Assembly (NCBI GenBank): GCA_043745805.1
Contig: JAYTSD010000044.1
Span: 40,537 to 104,536, forward strand
Direction: 5' to 3'
DNA from: Fibrobacteria bacterium
Lineage (GTDB): Bacteria; Fibrobacterota; Fibrobacteria; UBA11236
DNA length: 64,000 bases
The notes beneath the pieces are model-generated. The model was not told the DNA's origin. It did not search any database and saw only the letters and a list, made by a program, of their open reading frames with translations. Numbering within the stretch: the stretch's first letter is position 1; every line of letters starts with the position of its first letter. The position numbers were made by a program, and so were the translations under genes. Positions 50,933 to 60,558 of the stretch are shown piece after piece.

Positions 50933-51925
50933 ATGGAAAAGTTTAAGACATTTTCTGGAAAAAATATTTTAATAACCGGAGGGCTGGGTTTTATTGGTTC
51001 CTCTTTAGCAAGAGAATTATTAAAGTATGCAGCCAACATAACTCTGGTAGATAGTTTAATTCCTCAATATGGGGGAAACCTATATAATATCGACGATATT
51101 AAGGCAAATGTTACGGTAAATATTACTGATGTACGTGATCCCCACGCTATGTCTTTTCTAATACAGGGCAAGGACTACTTATTTAATTTGGCTGGGCAAA
51201 CCAGTCATTTGGATTCCATGACGGATCCACAAACCGATCTGGACATTAATGCCGCATCGCAACTTTCAATTCTTGAGGCTTGTCGGAAACATAATACTGA
51301 ACTTAAAATCATTTTTGCAAGTACCCGGCAATTGTATGGTAAACCCGAATATTTACCTGTGGATGAAAAGCATTCTATTCGTCCAGTCGATGTAAATGGG
51401 ATCAATAAATTGGCGGGAGAATGGTATCATTTACTTTATAATAATATTTACGGAATTAGAGCTTGCGCTTTAAGATTAACCAATACCTATGGCCCTGGAA
51501 TGCGTGTCAAAGATGCGAGGCAAACTTTTTTGGGAGTTTGGATACGCAACTTATTAGATAATAAACCTATTCAAGTATTTGGTGACGGATTGCAGCTTCG
51601 TGATTTTAATTATGTCGAGGATGTGGTAACGGCTATGTTACTGTGTGCCGTTGATCCCAAAGCGGACGGTGAAGTTTTCAATTTGGGTTCAAAAGAGTAT
51701 ATCAACCTCAAAGACTTGGCCTCCATGATGGTTGAGCTTTATAAATCAGGAAATTATGAGGTGGTACCCTTTCCTCCCGAGCGCAAGTCTATTGATATTG
51801 GTGATTATTATAGTGATTATGCGAAGATAAAGAATGCTTTGGGTTGGGAGCCGAAAATATCTCTACGTAATGGCATAGTCTCCAGTTTGGAATATTATGG
51901 CCGAAACTTGGCCAATTATCTGTAA
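50933..51925 (+). CDS. NAD-dependent epimerase/dehydratase
   Basis: GGLGFIG, RLTNTYGP, RDFNYVED. Confidence 0.9.
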   Translation: MEKFKTFSGKNILITGGLGFIGSSLARELLKYAANITLVDSLIPQYGGNLYNIDDIKANVTVNITDVRDPHAMSFLIQGKDYLFNLAGQTSHLDSMTDPQTDLDINAASQLSILEACRKHNTELKIIFASTRQLYGKPEYLPVDEKHSIRPVDVNGINKLAGEWYHLLYNNIYGIRACALRLTNTYGPGMRVKDARQTFLGVWIRNLLDNKPIQVFGDGLQLRDFNYVEDVVTAMLLCAVDPKADGEVFNLGSKEYINLKDLASMMVELYKSGNYEVVPFPPERKSIDIGDYYSDYAKIKNALGWEPKISLRNGIVSSLEYYGRNLANYL

Positions 51926-51960
51926 TACAAATAGGGGCAAATGAGACAAGCAAAGCAAAT

Positions 51961-53055
51961 ATGATTTTATTAAATGATTTTAAAGCGGAACCAGAGGAAT
52001 TAATTCAATCAGAGTTAATCGCGGCCGAGCGCGTGTTCCGTTCAGGTTGGTATATACTGGGTAATGAATTAAAGACTTTTGAAAGTAAATGGGCTAAATA
52101 TTGTGGCACAGCTTATTCGGTGGGAGTCGGCAATGGAATGGACGCTATTGAATTAGGATTAAGAGCTTTAGGCATCGGTCTAGGTGATGAAGTTATAACC
52201 ACTTCCATGACAGCATTTGCTACGGTGCTTGCCATATTGCGAGCCGGAGCTATTCCAGTACTTGCAGATATTGATTTAGATACAGCATTATTATCACCCG
52301 ACAGTGTTTCGCGTTGTATCAACAAACGCACTAAAGCCATATTGCTAGTTCATCTTTACGGACAAATTCGTTCCATGGAAACTTGGATATCCCTTTGCCA
52401 AAGCCATAATATTCATTTGTTGGAAGATTGCGCCCAATCGCATTTAGCAACTTGGCAAGGTAAGATGGCTGGTAATTTTGGAGCATGGGGAGCTTATAGT
52501 TTTTACCCTACCAAAAATTTGGGGGCAAAAGGAGATGGTGGAGCTCTCAATACCAATGATGCTGGCCTTGCAGAAAAAATTAGAGTCTTGCGTAATTATG
52601 GTCAAAGCAAACGTTATTATCATCCAGAAATCGGTATGAATAGCCGTTTAGATGAACTCCAAGCCGCTATTCTCTCTTGTCGCTTGGAATGGTTGAATCG
52701 TTTTACCGATTCTCGTCGCAAAGTCGCAGAAGCCTATTTTAGTGGTATCAGTAACCCTAAGGTTAACCTATTATCTGCCCCCATTGAAAAGTCAAACCAT
52801 GTTTATCACCTTTTTGTGGTGAGTTCTTCTTATCGCGATGGTTTAGCTGAACATTTGAAAGTTCAAGGAGTGGATAGCCTTATTCATTATCCGGTGCCTA
52901 TTCATCATCAAGAATCTTGTCCAAATATATTGCGCGATCCGCTCGGTCTCCCTAATGCTGAAATCCATGCGGCTACCTGTCTTTCTATTCCTTGCTATCC
53001 TCAAATGAGTGATATGCAAATGGATAAAGTCATCGCCGCAATTAATTCTTTTTAA
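51961..53055 (+). CDS. DegT/DnrJ/EryC1/StrS sugar aminotransferase
   Basis: EDCAQSH, SFYPTKNLG, NSRLDELQA. Confidence 0.93.
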   Translation: MILLNDFKAEPEELIQSELIAAERVFRSGWYILGNELKTFESKWAKYCGTAYSVGVGNGMDAIELGLRALGIGLGDEVITTSMTAFATVLAILRAGAIPVLADIDLDTALLSPDSVSRCINKRTKAILLVHLYGQIRSMETWISLCQSHNIHLLEDCAQSHLATWQGKMAGNFGAWGAYSFYPTKNLGAKGDGGALNTNDAGLAEKIRVLRNYGQSKRYYHPEIGMNSRLDELQAAILSCRLEWLNRFTDSRRKVAEAYFSGISNPKVNLLSAPIEKSNHVYHLFVVSSSYRDGLAEHLKVQGVDSLIHYPVPIHHQESCPNILRDPLGLPNAEIHAATCLSIPCYPQMSDMQMDKVIAAINSF

Positions 53056-53248
53056 GCCAAGAGTGGGTTTATGGCGATGTACTTTTTTTGGGGTTCTAAT
53101 TATTTTCTTCGAAGTTTTGCCTATTAAATCTCAGCATTGTGGGTTGGGGCTGAAATCTATTGGATAAATGGATTAAAATGATAAACAAATATGGGTTTTT
53201 ACCATGTTTAACTAGTTTTGTATCCATTGGCAAAAAACAGGATTCATA

Positions 53249-54184
53249 ATGGAAAAATCGGCGAAAATTTATGTGGCGGGTATGTACGGTATGGTTGGAG
53301 CAGCCATCGCCCGAGCTTTGGATGTACAAGGTTTTAAAAATGTGATAGGCCATTCCTCCCAAGAATTGGATTTGACCAATCAAAAAGCGGTTTTTGATTT
53401 TTTTAAAACCGAAAAACCCGATTATGTTTTTTTAGCAGCTGCCAAAGTAGGGGGTATTTATGCGAATAATACCTATCCTGCTGATTTTATTTACAGCAAT
53501 ATTTGCATTCAAACCAATATCATTAACTCCGCTCACATTTTTCGTGCCAAAAAATTGTTGTTCTTAGGCAGCTCTTGTATTTACCCAAAATTCGCTGAAC
53601 AACCGATGAAAGAAAGTTGTTTATTAACGGGTGAATTGGAGCCTACAAATGAGCCTTATGCCTTGGCCAAAATTGCTGGGATCAAAATGTGCGAAGCTTA
53701 TAATAAGCAATACCACACTTCTTTTATTTCTTGCATGCCCACAAATTTATATGGCCCTAACGACAATTACAATTTAATGAATGCCCATGTTTTGCCTGCT
53801 TTATTGCGAAAAGTGCATGAAGCGAAAATTAATAAACAGGATTCTTTTGTGGTTTGGGGAACAGGTTCACCTAAACGAGAATTTTTATACGTAGATGATT
53901 TAGCCGACGCTTGTATTTTCCTTATGAATGAATATTTGGGAAATGAAACCGTGAATGTAGGTAGCGGCCAAGAAGTGACTATTAAAGAACTTGCAGAAAC
54001 GGTGCAAGATGTGGTGGGTTTTAAAGGGGATTTGGTTTTTGATACATCTAAGCCAGATGGAACACCTCGTAAATTGCTGGATGTTACTAAGCTGAATGGA
54101 TTAGGTTGGAAAGCAAGAGTTTCTTTGCGCGAAGGAATTAAGCGTTCCTATGAAGATTTGCTTTCTGGTAAGGTTAGAATGTGA
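53249..54184 (+). CDS. fcl: GDP-L-fucose synthase
   Basis: AAKVGGI, GSSCIYP, YALAK, PTNLYG, KPDG. Confidence 0.95.
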   Translation: MEKSAKIYVAGMYGMVGAAIARALDVQGFKNVIGHSSQELDLTNQKAVFDFFKTEKPDYVFLAAAKVGGIYANNTYPADFIYSNICIQTNIINSAHIFRAKKLLFLGSSCIYPKFAEQPMKESCLLTGELEPTNEPYALAKIAGIKMCEAYNKQYHTSFISCMPTNLYGPNDNYNLMNAHVLPALLRKVHEAKINKQDSFVVWGTGSPKREFLYVDDLADACIFLMNEYLGNETVNVGSGQEVTIKELAETVQDVVGFKGDLVFDTSKPDGTPRKLLDVTKLNGLGWKARVSLREGIKRSYEDLLSGKVRM

Positions 54185-54379
54185 AGAAAAAGTTCTTTTT
54201 TATAAATAGCTTAGTATAGATTTCAAAATCTTTTTGCCTAAAATTTTTCGTTTTAATTTTTGAATTGTTTATTAAAAAGTAATGAGGTATTGTTGATAGT
54301 TAAGAGTAGAGCGAAAATGTATTCAAGCACATTTAATTTTTTATTCGGCATGAAGTATATTTTGGAATAGCGTAATTTT

Positions 54380-55705
54380 GTGCTAAATAAAATAAAGCGA
54401 TTATCTGAAAATACTGGTTTTGTTAAGTATTTCAAGAATACTTCTTGGATGATGATGGAACAGGGCCTTAGACTTGTTTCAAGCCTCTTTGTAGGGGTAT
54501 GGGTTGCGAGGTACCTTGGACCAGAACAATTTGGAATATTTAATTATGCGATAGCTTTTACGGCGCTTTTTGCTGGAATTGCCAAACTTGGTCTTGATGG
54601 AATTGTAGTCAGAGAGCTAGTCAAACAGCAAGAAAAATGCGACGAATTGCTAGGTACAGTTTTTTGGCTGAAGGCAATTGGAGCGATCATTACCGTTGCG
54701 ATTCTATTTTTTGCATCAATACTAAGTTCAAATAATTCTACTACTCATATCTACATTCTAATTATTGCAGGAGGAATATTATTTCAAAGTTTTGAAATAA
54801 TTGACTTCTATTTCCAATCAAAAGTTTTAGTAAAATACGTTTCAATTTGTAAGCTCATTCAACTTTCACTATCCTCTCTTGTGAAAATTTATTTTGTACT
54901 CGCTGGGAAAAAACTTATATGGTTTGTAGGTATTTCGCTTCTCGATTCCATGACTATTGCAGGAAGTTTGTGGTTTGCATATGTTCATCTAAAAAATGAG
55001 TCATTTATTAGAAAGTTTAGCAGTCGAATAGCGAAGAAACTTTTAGCAGACAGCTGGCCAGTTATTTTGAGTGGTATAGCTATTACTGTATATGTAAAAA
55101 TTGATCAGATTATGATTAATTCAATGCTAGGACCTAAAGAAGTTGGCCAATATTCTGCTGGCATAAGATTGAGTGAAGTTTGGAATTTTATCCCGATGAT
55201 TATTTGTTCCTCACTTTTTCCAGCTATTATAAACTCGAAAAAACAAAGTGAGGAACTCTACTATCAAAGATTACAAAAGCTCTATAATATGGTGGTATTG
55301 ATGGCTTTAACTATTGCTTTGACTATGACCTTTATGTCCGATTGGATTATCAATTTTCTTTATGGGGAACAATATATTCAAGCTGCTGGTGTATTAAAAA
55401 TACATGTTTGGGCTGGAATTTCAGTTTTTATGGGAGTTGCAAGTTGGAATTGGTTGGTGGCAGAGAATTTACAGTTTTACTCAACGTTAAATACAGCTAT
55501 TGGGGCTGCAGTAAATATCATAATGAATTACTTATTACTAAAAAAATATGGAGTAGAAGGTGCAGCATGGGCAACCGTTGCTTCTTACACTATTTCGGGT
55601 TATTTAATGCTTCTAGTGTTTAAAAAAACAAGGAAAAACTTTTTTAAATTAACAAGAAGTTTATTGCTAATAGATTATTTAAAAAGAGGACTAAATGGAA
55701 TATAA
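54380..55705 (+). CDS. wzx: Wzx-type polysaccharide flippase
   Basis: ARYLGPEQFG, KIDQIM, YGVEGAAWAT; multiple TM helices. Confidence 0.9.
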   Translation: MLNKIKRLSENTGFVKYFKNTSWMMMEQGLRLVSSLFVGVWVARYLGPEQFGIFNYAIAFTALFAGIAKLGLDGIVVRELVKQQEKCDELLGTVFWLKAIGAIITVAILFFASILSSNNSTTHIYILIIAGGILFQSFEIIDFYFQSKVLVKYVSICKLIQLSLSSLVKIYFVLAGKKLIWFVGISLLDSMTIAGSLWFAYVHLKNESFIRKFSSRIAKKLLADSWPVILSGIAITVYVKIDQIMINSMLGPKEVGQYSAGIRLSEVWNFIPMIICSSLFPAIINSKKQSEELYYQRLQKLYNMVVLMALTIALTMTFMSDWIINFLYGEQYIQAAGVLKIHVWAGISVFMGVASWNWLVAENLQFYSTLNTAIGAAVNIIMNYLLLKKYGVEGAAWATVASYTISGYLMLLVFKKTRKNFFKLTRSLLLIDYLKRGLNGI

Positions 55706-56348
55706 ATCTAGTTTAAAGGGGCTATTCATATTTGAATTAAAAAGTTGGCTCGGTAGGAAAATTAAAAAAACAACGCCAGAAATAAAATCAAAAGAAAATT
55801 ATCTTCATTTAGGTTGCGGTAATAATATTGTTAATGGATATGTTAATGCAGATTTTTTTTATGGGTTCAATATATTGAAAAAAAAATTGAAAAAACTTGA
55901 ATGGCAATTAGACTTAAGATACCCACTAGATTGTGAAAAAGAAACATTTGATGGAATATTCTCCGAACACACTTTAGAACATTTATATCCTGACGAAGCC
56001 AAAAATCTTTTATCAGAAATGTTTAGAGTATCAAAAAAAGGTGCGACAATTAGGATAACAGTACCAGACATTCAAAAATATGTTTGCTTTTATAACAAAG
56101 ATATAAACGGATGTAATTATGACAAATTTTCAGAAATGTATAGTACTGGATGCGATGCAATTCGAAATATAACGCAAAACTTTTTTCACTTTTCTGCATG
56201 GGACTTTGAAGAACTAAAAAATTACTTAGAAAATGTTGGTTTTACAAATGTGCAAAAAAAAGAGTATGGAGATTCTTCAAACAGAAAGTTGCTTCTTGAT
56301 GCTGAAGGTAGAGCTTGGGAAACTTTATATGTAGAAGCAATAAAATAA
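55695..56348 (+). CDS. SAM-dependent methyltransferase-domain protein
   Basis: LHLGCG, EHTLEH, RITVPD. Confidence 0.75.
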   Translation: MEYKSSLKGLFIFELKSWLGRKIKKTTPEIKSKENYLHLGCGNNIVNGYVNADFFYGFNILKKKLKKLEWQLDLRYPLDCEKETFDGIFSEHTLEHLYPDEAKNLLSEMFRVSKKGATIRITVPDIQKYVCFYNKDINGCNYDKFSEMYSTGCDAIRNITQNFFHFSAWDFEELKNYLENVGFTNVQKKEYGDSSNRKLLLDAEGRAWETLYVEAIK

Positions 56349-56356
56349 AAAAATCA

Positions 56357-57292
56357 ATGACCGAAAATAATTCAGCATACCCTAGCTCAATATACCCCTT
56401 AAAAACAGCAGTATTATTTTTAGTATTTAATCGACTAGATACAACTAAAAAAGTTTTTGAAATCATAAGACAGGCAAGACCCCCACGTTTATATATTGCT
56501 GCCGATGGTGCGCGCGATTTTATAATTAACGAAGCAAAAAAAACATCTGATGTTAGAGATTACATCATGTCAAATATTGATTGGAAATGTGAAATTAAAA
56601 CACTTTTCCAAGACAAAAATTTAGGCTGTAAAAAAGCAGTAAGCCAAGCAATAACATGGTTTTTCGAACAGGAAGAAATGGGGATAATACTTGAAGATGA
56701 TTGTTTACCCAACATAAGTTTTTTCAGGTATTGTGAAGAATTATTAGAAAAATATCAGGATAATGAACGTGTGGGTATCATTTCGGGCAGTTATTATTTC
56801 CATGAGTTTATGGATAGAGAAGAATCCTATTATTTTTCGACTTTCCCTTTTATTTGGGGTTGGGCTAGTTGGCGCCGCGTATGGAAGAAATATGATATTG
56901 AGATGAAAGATTATCTTTCTTTTAAAACCACACTAAATAAAAAATTTATAACAAAAAATGCAATTAAATATTGGAAAAATTCTTTCGACTTAACTTATAA
57001 AGGCAAAATAAATACTTGGGATTATCAATTTAGTTTTATGACTATGTACAATAATTTACTCAATATTGTACCAACTAAAAACTTAATTTCAAATATTGGA
57101 TTTGGAATTGATGCAACACATACAAGCGGGAAAAACGATCCGCATTTTAATATGAAAAGAAAAAATATAATATTTCCTTTAATACACCCCAAAATAATCG
57201 AAAAAGACGAAGGCCTAGATTTAAAATTCGAAAAGCAAGCTTTTAAAAGGATGAATATTATAAATCGTGTTCTAAATAAGGTTTTTAAATGA
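56357..57292 (+). CDS. GT-A fold nucleotide-diphospho-sugar transferase
   Basis: FNR, ADG, ILEDD, IWGWASW, WDYQ. Confidence 0.85.
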   Translation: MTENNSAYPSSIYPLKTAVLFLVFNRLDTTKKVFEIIRQARPPRLYIAADGARDFIINEAKKTSDVRDYIMSNIDWKCEIKTLFQDKNLGCKKAVSQAITWFFEQEEMGIILEDDCLPNISFFRYCEELLEKYQDNERVGIISGSYYFHEFMDREESYYFSTFPFIWGWASWRRVWKKYDIEMKDYLSFKTTLNKKFITKNAIKYWKNSFDLTYKGKINTWDYQFSFMTMYNNLLNIVPTKNLISNIGFGIDATHTSGKNDPHFNMKRKNIIFPLIHPKIIEKDEGLDLKFEKQAFKRMNIINRVLNKVFK

Positions 57293-58206
57293 GCAAGATT
57301 TTTGCAGATGAGAAAAGGATATTTCTTGATAATTGGAACTCTGCATACGGAAACAAAATACTTCATGTTCTGTTTTTAATTCATTTAGCAGATAGGTCCG
57401 GAAAATCTCCAATTATGTATAAAGGAAGTAATCTTGATAATATATTCAATTTTAAATTTGAAACTATCGAAATTCAAAAGCTGAATTTAAAATCTTATTA
57501 CTACGTTGAGAAGGACTCGTTTTATGTTCAAAACAAACTTCTTAAAGCCCTAAACTTATACTATAGGTTTTATGTTAAAAATCTTGACTCGGTTGTATTA
57601 AAAAATTACGAGCACTTTCTAGAAAGAAAAAGGTTATTAAATTCACACATACCTGATAAAGATATAAAAATTCGAGGCCATTTTTTTGATTCTGAACTAA
57701 TGCCTTCGATTGAGATATTTAATAAATACATAGAAGTAAAAAGAGAATTAAAAGAGTCCATTCAAAAAAAATATCCAGACCTTATCTCTGAAAATTGTGT
57801 CGCTGTTCATTATAGAGGTACAGATTTTAATAATCATATGAAGCATTTATTTCCTATTGGTATACAGCTTGATGAAGAATATTATTATAACGCGATAGAA
57901 AGAGTGGAGAAAATAGTTGGAAGTAATCTTGTATATCATTTGTTTTCAGATGACATTGGGTTTTTAAAAAAAATCTTTAGAGAAAAAAAAATAGTCATTC
58001 ATGAAGATAAGCCATATGAAGATTGGGTTTCAATGTTTATAGTAAAAAACATTATTCAATCCAATTCATCGTTTTGTTGGACCGCTGCTCTATATAATAA
58101 ACTTGTCTCAATTCAACCTGAGGATGGATATAATTATCACCAAAAAACGGGAAGTATACCATTTGGGTTTCATCATAAAGACGCGATATTAATAAACAAA
58201 CAATAA
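57289..58206 (+). CDS. GT11 alpha-1,2-fucosyltransferase-like protein
   Basis: GN, VHYRGTD, FSDD, SNSSFCW. Confidence 0.75.
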   Translation: MSKIFADEKRIFLDNWNSAYGNKILHVLFLIHLADRSGKSPIMYKGSNLDNIFNFKFETIEIQKLNLKSYYYVEKDSFYVQNKLLKALNLYYRFYVKNLDSVVLKNYEHFLERKRLLNSHIPDKDIKIRGHFFDSELMPSIEIFNKYIEVKRELKESIQKKYPDLISENCVAVHYRGTDFNNHMKHLFPIGIQLDEEYYYNAIERVEKIVGSNLVYHLFSDDIGFLKKIFREKKIVIHEDKPYEDWVSMFIVKNIIQSNSSFCWTAALYNKLVSIQPEDGYNYHQKTGSIPFGFHHKDAILINKQ

Positions 58207-58246
58207 TATTTGGATAAGTTATTCTTTATAATTTAGGAGCCCGACC

Positions 58247-59068
58247 TTGAAAATTAATTTGGAAGATCAAAATCTTACAAGTACTGAACGAACCGAAATA
58301 GAAAAATTAATTCTAAAATCGGTAGATAATAATAAGCAAGATTTAGAACAAATGTGGAATTTGATGGATTTACTTTGGGATGAATACGGGTGTGATAATA
58401 AACAATTAAACTGGGATAATATTGGGAAATTTTATTCACATCCTGTTTGGCTTTTAAATGGTTTATTCATAGAACAACATGATGAATCTATGGGGCATCG
58501 GCATGCAATTAGCGATTGGATTATTAAAAATAAATTTCAAAAAAATGTTGATTATGGAGGAGGATTTGGAACTTTGGTTCGTTTGCTCGCCAAAAAAAAT
58601 GGAAATATTGATATTGATATTTATGAACCACATCCAAGTAACTTTGGAATAAAAAGAGCTAGTGAGTTTAAAAATATTAAAATTATTAAAGAGCTAAATC
58701 ACGATTATGATTGTTTAGTATGCACAGATGTTCTGGAACATGTTAGTGATCCACTTCTTTCATTTGCAGAGATGATTGATAGTGTAAAAATTTCAGGATA
58801 CTTGGTGATTGCAAATTGTTTTTATCCTGTTATTAAATGCCACTTGCCACAAACATTTCATTTGCGATATACATTTAATATTTTCGCAAGAGTTATGGGA
58901 TTAAAGGTAATTGGAAAACTGGAAGGAAGTCATGCAACTATTTATCTGAAAAGCAAAGAAAAATCTCAAAATTGGGGACTAATAAGATTTTTAGAAAAAA
59001 TCTCAAAAATGTGTTTTTATGTAATTGTAAGGATAATCAGACCAATTAGACAAAAACTAAAATCATAA
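58247..59068 (+). CDS. Class I SAM-dependent methyltransferase
   Basis: DYGGGFG, DVLEHVSDP. Confidence 0.8.
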   Translation: MKINLEDQNLTSTERTEIEKLILKSVDNNKQDLEQMWNLMDLLWDEYGCDNKQLNWDNIGKFYSHPVWLLNGLFIEQHDESMGHRHAISDWIIKNKFQKNVDYGGGFGTLVRLLAKKNGNIDIDIYEPHPSNFGIKRASEFKNIKIIKELNHDYDCLVCTDVLEHVSDPLLSFAEMIDSVKISGYLVIANCFYPVIKCHLPQTFHLRYTFNIFARVMGLKVIGKLEGSHATIYLKSKEKSQNWGLIRFLEKISKMCFYVIVRIIRPIRQKLKS

Positions 59069-59133
59069 TAAATATTTAGAGTAGAGGAAATTGTAATGTC
59101 TTTCTCAAAAAGACTGTGTAGATAATTTAAAAT

Positions 59134-60420
59134 TTGAACAGGAAAATTACAAAATTGAAAATAGTTATTTTAAGTACTTATGATATAAACGGTGGTGCTG
59201 GAATAGCAGCATACAGATTGCATAAAGCTTTTTTGACAAATGGTGTGGAAAGTCTAATGGTGGTGCAATCTAAAAAAACTGATGATATCACTGTAATTAC
59301 TCCTAAATCAATTTTGCAAAAAATTTTAAATAAAATTAGGCCAACCTTGGATCGTATTCCGTTATTTTTCTATAAAAAAAAAACAAAAAATATTTTCAGT
59401 TTATCTTGGGTAGGAAACAGTGGTATTTCTGATTTGGTGAACTCCTTAAAGCCTGATATTGTTCACATACATTGGATTTGTCATGGAATTTTAAGTTTGC
59501 GAGAAATTGGAAAAATTGAAGCTCCCATTGTATGTAGTTTACATGATATGTGGTTTTTTACCGGAGGATGTCATTATTCTGGGAGTTGTAAGTCATATCA
59601 AATAAATTGTGGTAAATGCTGGGTTTTAGGTAGCTCAAATGCACTAGATCTAAGTAAATTGGGTTTGGCTCGGAAAAACAAACTATTACAAAAGAAAAAA
59701 ATAGCATTTATAGGACTTAGCCAATGGATATCAAAGGAAGCAAAGAATAGTAAGCTCTTACAGAAATCTCAAATTGAAAATCTACCAAATCCTATTAACA
59801 CTGATATTTTTAAAGAAATTAATAAAACTTATTCTCGTCAAATCTGGAATTTACCACCAAACAAAAAATTAATTTTATTTGGTGCTATGAACGCAATAAG
59901 CGATTTGCGCAAGGGTTATAAAGAACTAATTACAGCTTTAGAACAGCTTAATTATATGGAAGCTGAATTTATAGTCTATGGAAGCAGCGAACCAATTGAC
60001 ATACCAAAACTAAATAATCCAATTCGATACATAGGTCAAATACATGATGAGACGAGCTTAGTAATGCTTTACAATGCAGTTGATGTCATGGTAGTTCCAA
60101 GTTTACAAGAAAACCTTTCAAATACAATTATGGAAAGTTTGTCATGTGCAGTTCCAGTGGTAGCTTTTAATATAGGTGGAAATAGCGATATGATAGATCA
60201 TAAAGTAAATGGGTATCTTGCAGTCCCATTTAAAGCGAATGATTTAAAAGACGGTATTGAGTGGGTTCTTAAACATTCAGATCCTGGGATGTTAAGGCAA
60301 AATGCTAGGCAGAAAGTTCTTAACGAATTTGATGATAAAAAAGTAATTAAAAAATACTTAAATCTTTATAGTAACATTTTGAATTTGAACAAGCTGGATT
60401 TGCCTAAATTAGACAAATAA
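59134..60420 (+). CDS. GT4 glycosyltransferase (WcaC-like)
   Basis: GGAGIAAYRLH, LHDMW.FTGGCH, ENLSNTIMES. Confidence 0.9.
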   Translation: MNRKITKLKIVILSTYDINGGAGIAAYRLHKAFLTNGVESLMVVQSKKTDDITVITPKSILQKILNKIRPTLDRIPLFFYKKKTKNIFSLSWVGNSGISDLVNSLKPDIVHIHWICHGILSLREIGKIEAPIVCSLHDMWFFTGGCHYSGSCKSYQINCGKCWVLGSSNALDLSKLGLARKNKLLQKKKIAFIGLSQWISKEAKNSKLLQKSQIENLPNPINTDIFKEINKTYSRQIWNLPPNKKLILFGAMNAISDLRKGYKELITALEQLNYMEAEFIVYGSSEPIDIPKLNNPIRYIGQIHDETSLVMLYNAVDVMVVPSLQENLSNTIMESLSCAVPVVAFNIGGNSDMIDHKVNGYLAVPFKANDLKDGIEWVLKHSDPGMLRQNARQKVLNEFDDKKVIKKYLNLYSNILNLNKLDLPKLDK

Positions 60421-60558
60421 CAGATCAGTAATCCACTACAGGATCATATTCTTCGAAGGTTATTACGGTGTTCGGATAATCGACAACTCCTCCGATTACA
60501 TAAATTTTTCCCAATTAACTCTGCGACTTTTGAGGTGTCTACGAAAATCGGGTTCCGA

